Below, in pieces: positions 61,052 to 64,000 of a DNA stretch of 64,000 nucleotides. The translations under genes were made by a program, and so were the position numbers. This DNA comes from an uncultured Pseudomonadota bacterium (GTDB lineage: Bacteria > Oederibacteriota > Muellerivitia > Muellerivitales > Muellerivitaceae), in the NCBI GenBank assembly GCA_963843375.1, contig CAWJKT010000011.1:128001-192000 (forward strand). Direction: 5' to 3'. Position 1 is the first letter of the stretch. Every line of letters starts with the position of its first letter. The notes beneath the pieces are model-generated. The model was given only the letters and a program-made list of their open reading frames with translations, searched no databases and was not told the DNA's origin.

Positions 61052-61510
61052 ATGCTTTTCAAGGCTTGGGCCAGGGGCTTCCTATTCTTGTTTTTGATTT
61101 TGGGATTTGGATCCAGCCGGGCGGCTAATGAAGTGGTAACGGTTCCCCTGGTGCTGGGCGATTACTACGCATGGGCCTATACCGAGGCATTCGAGGATCA
61201 TGCCGAAATTTACGGGTGGTCCACTGCTGGAGTGGACGCTTTGGGATGGTCCCTTTTTTTCGCCGCCAAGGATTACGATGCCGGGCTCTTCTTGGTGAAC
61301 CTGGCCGGGTGCGCGAAGACTCTGTACCCGGTCGTGACACTTTTGGGAGCCTCGGATAATTCAGTGCGCGAAAGGGCTTGGATCGCGGTGGGAACCCACA
61401 CGGCCACGCTCTTGACACTGGAATTGCTCGGGCGCCCCGCTGTAAATATTCAAACGACCATGGGTCCCCGGAAGGATGGTTTAGGGGTTGCTTATGTCCT
61501 TGGGTTTTGA
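61052..61510 (+). CDS. Hypothetical exported/membrane protein
   Basis: Signal-like N-terminus, hydrophobic helices, terminal GLGVAYVLGF. Confidence 0.6.
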   Translation: MLFKAWARGFLFLFLILGFGSSRAANEVVTVPLVLGDYYAWAYTEAFEDHAEIYGWSTAGVDALGWSLFFAAKDYDAGLFLVNLAGCAKTLYPVVTLLGASDNSVRERAWIAVGTHTATLLTLELLGRPAVNIQTTMGPRKDGLGVAYVLGF

Positions 61511-61540
61511 AAAAGTGGTAAGAATGAAATTAACGTTCGA

Positions 61541-62284
61541 TTAAGGTTGCGCCGTCTTTTGAATTTTCTCGTCCCCCATGAAAGTATGAATTCCACATTC
61601 AATCTTGCCCGTACCCGCCCAACGCCCCGAACGGGGGTCTTCTCCCAACTTGACAGGACGGGTGCAGTTTTCCGGAGAACAGCCGATGGAAAAATAGCCC
61701 TTTTCCCAAAGCGGATGATAAGGCAGATCATATTTTTTGGCATAGTCTCCCAACATTTTGGCCGTCCAATTTAAAAGAGGGCTTACCTTGACCAATTGGT
61801 CTCGATGGTTCTCGACGAATTTCGAGGATCTTCGGGTATCGGCTTGGTTACGGCGGATGCCGGTGATCCAGGCCTTATAATCCTTCAGTCCCTCCTCAAA
61901 GGGGGCAATCTTGTTCATGGCGCAACAGGCGTCCGGGTCCCGTTCATAAAGCTTTCCATATTGCTCCAGGAATCGATCATGAGGATTTTGAGGTTTTAAT
62001 TCCCGTAGGTTTAACTTGAGCCTGTTGACCAGAAGGTCCCGGTGTTCCAAGGTTTCCTTGAAATGGAATCCGGTATTGGTGAAGAGAACTGGAATATCCG
62101 GCTTGATTTGGGTCGCCAAATGGAGCAATACGGCGCTCTCGGCGCCGAAAGAGGTGGACATCGCCAAGTCAGACCCAAACTCACCCGCCGACCAACGGAT
62201 AATTTCCTCGGCAGTTTTTCCCTCGAATTCTTGATTCAGTTTTTCAAAGTCGTAAGTTTTCATGTTCCGTCCATTAGGTTCCAT
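61541..62284 (-). CDS. cysH: Phosphoadenylyl-sulfate / adenylyl-sulfate reductase
   Basis: STSFG, TGFHF.ET, CC...K..P, WITGIRR.Q, GY.SIGC...CT, RSGRW, ECGIH; the CC plus second Cys pair suggests the Fe-S (APS-reductase-type) form; start 62284 or 62263. Confidence 0.92.
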   Translation of the reverse strand: MEPNGRNMKTYDFEKLNQEFEGKTAEEIIRWSAGEFGSDLAMSTSFGAESAVLLHLATQIKPDIPVLFTNTGFHFKETLEHRDLLVNRLKLNLRELKPQNPHDRFLEQYGKLYERDPDACCAMNKIAPFEEGLKDYKAWITGIRRNQADTRRSSKFVENHRDQLVKVSPLLNWTAKMLGDYAKKYDLPYHPLWEKGYFSIGCSPENCTRPVKLGEDPRSGRWAGTGKIECGIHTFMGDEKIQKTAQP

Positions 62285-62476
62285 CTTACTCGTATAAACA
62301 TCATACGATTAGGGTCCTCTTTGGCAAAGGGGGGGATTAAGAAAGGTCTTCAAGGAAAATAGCCTCCTATAACCCCCGTTCTTATGAGAAACCGGCTTGG
62401 AATTTTCATTGACGGTCGGTTTTGTCCGTGGCAATCTCGGTCGTCAACGACAACCCCCAACCCAAGGAGAGGCCGA

Positions 62477-63505
62477 ATGAAATTTCAAAAGCTTATCCCA
62501 TTATTTGCGGTGTTTTTTTCCGCTTCGGCGGCAATGGCGGCTGTTTCCTTAAAAGGGAGCGGGTCCAGCCTGGCTGCGCCCATATATTCCCAATGGATTG
62601 AAGATTTCACCCGGGATCACCCGGACGTGAAGATAAAGTATGAAGCGAAGGATTCAGGTGAAGGAGTAAAGAAGGCCTTGGGCCATGGTTCGGATTTTGC
62701 CTCAACCGACACGCCGTTAACGGACCTCGAGGGACAAAAAACGATGAAGCGCACCATCCTTCATTTACCTGCGGCCTTAGAGGCGGTGGCCATCACCTAT
62801 AACCTCCCGGGGGTGCCGACAGGATTAAAGCTGACTCCGGGGGTCCTTTCCGACATTTTCATTGGCACGATCAAAAAATGGAACAACATCGCCATCAGGG
62901 AACTCAACCCGGGGATCGCCCTGCCGGACATGGATATTCGAGTGCTTCACCGCGAAGAGGAAAGCTCACTTCACGACCTTTTCCCCGAATATCTGGCGGG
63001 CTTGGATCCCCAATGGATGGCTAAACGGGAAAAAGACAAGAATCTGCACTGGCCCGCGGGTGAAAAGGTAAAGGGGAATGAAAAGGTTTTGGAAAAAATG
63101 CGACTCTGGCCCGGAGTGATCGCGGCTATTGATCTATCCTTCGCAAGTCAAAAGAGCCTTCCGATGGTGGCTTTAAAAAACACGGCGGGTCGTTTCGTGG
63201 CCCCGTCGGTGGATTCCCTTGAGGCGACAGTGTCCGATTTCCCCAATCTGCCGGAGGATTTTCAAGTCAACCTCACCCATTCCCGGGCGAAGGGAGCTTA
63301 TCCTCTCTGCGCCTTTTCCTATCTCCTGGTTTACCAGGATTACCTGGGGGTTTACCACGACCATAAGAAAGGCCAGGCCTTGATGGATTTTCTCAATTGG
63401 ATTTTCACCGATGGCCAGAAAAAGGAAAGAGACCTTTCCTACGGGCCCCTGCCGGAGGCTTTTCTTTCCCAGGTGCAGGACAAGCTCCAGACGATAAAAT
63501 ATTAA
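62477..63505 (+). CDS. PstS-like periplasmic substrate-binding protein, divergent binding site
   Basis: Signal peptide; G.G.....P.Y..W, DFA..D.PL, YNLPG, IF.G.I.KWN..I..LNPG..LP, KGNE, AYP, F..W....GQ, Y.PLP; RBS AAGGAG. Confidence 0.85.
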   Translation: MKFQKLIPLFAVFFSASAAMAAVSLKGSGSSLAAPIYSQWIEDFTRDHPDVKIKYEAKDSGEGVKKALGHGSDFASTDTPLTDLEGQKTMKRTILHLPAALEAVAITYNLPGVPTGLKLTPGVLSDIFIGTIKKWNNIAIRELNPGIALPDMDIRVLHREEESSLHDLFPEYLAGLDPQWMAKREKDKNLHWPAGEKVKGNEKVLEKMRLWPGVIAAIDLSFASQKSLPMVALKNTAGRFVAPSVDSLEATVSDFPNLPEDFQVNLTHSRAKGAYPLCAFSYLLVYQDYLGVYHDHKKGQALMDFLNWIFTDGQKKERDLSYGPLPEAFLSQVQDKLQTIKY

Positions 63506-63539
63506 TCGAATTAATGGCGGGGACTTTCTCGATACCGGG

Positions 63540-64000
63540 TTAAGGTTTCCAACTAGGCTCAAGCGAAGCTTTCATTCGATTCACCAAAGACTCCATTTCT
63601 AAATGCATTTCACTTCGGACGAGTTTAACCCTCTGACCGTGACCCGGCAGAACCCATTCAAAATTAAACCTCAATAATCTTTCCATGGATTCGGTTTGTT
63701 TGCGCCAGGAATACCAGGCTACGTTTTGAGAGGCGTCCAACTGTTTGCGTTTGCGCCGCCACCACAAATGGTCTCCCGTAAAAAGAAATTTATCCCGATA
63801 GAGCAGAACACAATGACCCGCTGTGTGACCGGGGGTGGGGATGAGTTTGAAACCAGGCACCGGCTCGGTGAGGCCAATTCCTTGGATAAGGATTTCCGCG
63901 TCCGGTTGAGCGCCCTTGTCTTCCTCATGAATGAACCGCTGGCTCCCAAATTTTTCAGCATATTTGGCCCATCGGCCACGTCATCCTGGTGGGTTAGGAA
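63540..64000 (-). CDS. MBL-fold metallo-hydrolase, C-terminal part (5' end outside window); apparent -1 frameshift at ~63969
   Basis: FLTHQDDVAD, TPGHT.GH, LFTGDH, VLPGHG motifs. Confidence 0.88.

Noticed and set aside
1..64000. tRNA, rRNA, integrase/transposase, prophage or CRISPR features
   Set aside because: No cloverleaf/T-loop context in intergenic regions, no recombinase or phage motifs in the ORF set, and no repeat-spacer array seen by eye; a tRNAscan/Infernal run would be needed to exclude small RNAs fully

Overview
Gene-dense 64 kb bacterial chromosomal segment with about 61 genes, from a diderm organism (TolC, several outer-membrane beta-barrels ending in aromatic beta-signals, lipoproteins). 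I saw no rRNA, tRNA, CRISPR array, transposase or phage gene. Content is mostly envelope, transport and stress functions: two paralogous ArnT/PMT-like (GT-C) membrane glycosyltransferases with C-terminal TPRs, a YfhO-like protein, a beta-propeller surface protein with a Thr/Pro linker and a 'YPNP...WD...NGVY' C-terminal domain, two TPR+beta-barrel paralogs, two convergent MarR-EmrA-EmrB efflux modules (one TolC) each with a visible operator, an OmpR-family two-component system with a direct-repeat box, a NodIJ-like ABC exporter, GH63/GH5/alginate-lyase-family enzymes, plus an ABC-F ATPase, msrA, acyl-CoA dehydrogenase, cobB, gpsA and cysH. About 13 single-base frameshifts in 10 otherwise intact genes, with no in-frame nonsense codons once repaired, point to uncorrected long-read or assembly errors rather than pseudogenes. 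Best novelty candidates: an IPC-synthase-like PAP2 enzyme fused to a degenerate PEP-synthase/PPDK-type ATP-grasp domain near gpsA; a possible surface-protein export plus O-glycosylation system; a PstS homolog with a remodelled acidic binding loop; a GH5 with a TonB-C/AgmX-like tail; and a tightly coupled six-gene AAA+/cNMP/propeller/lyase/sirtuin/barrel operon. All family calls come from motif recognition by eye; no database searches were run.
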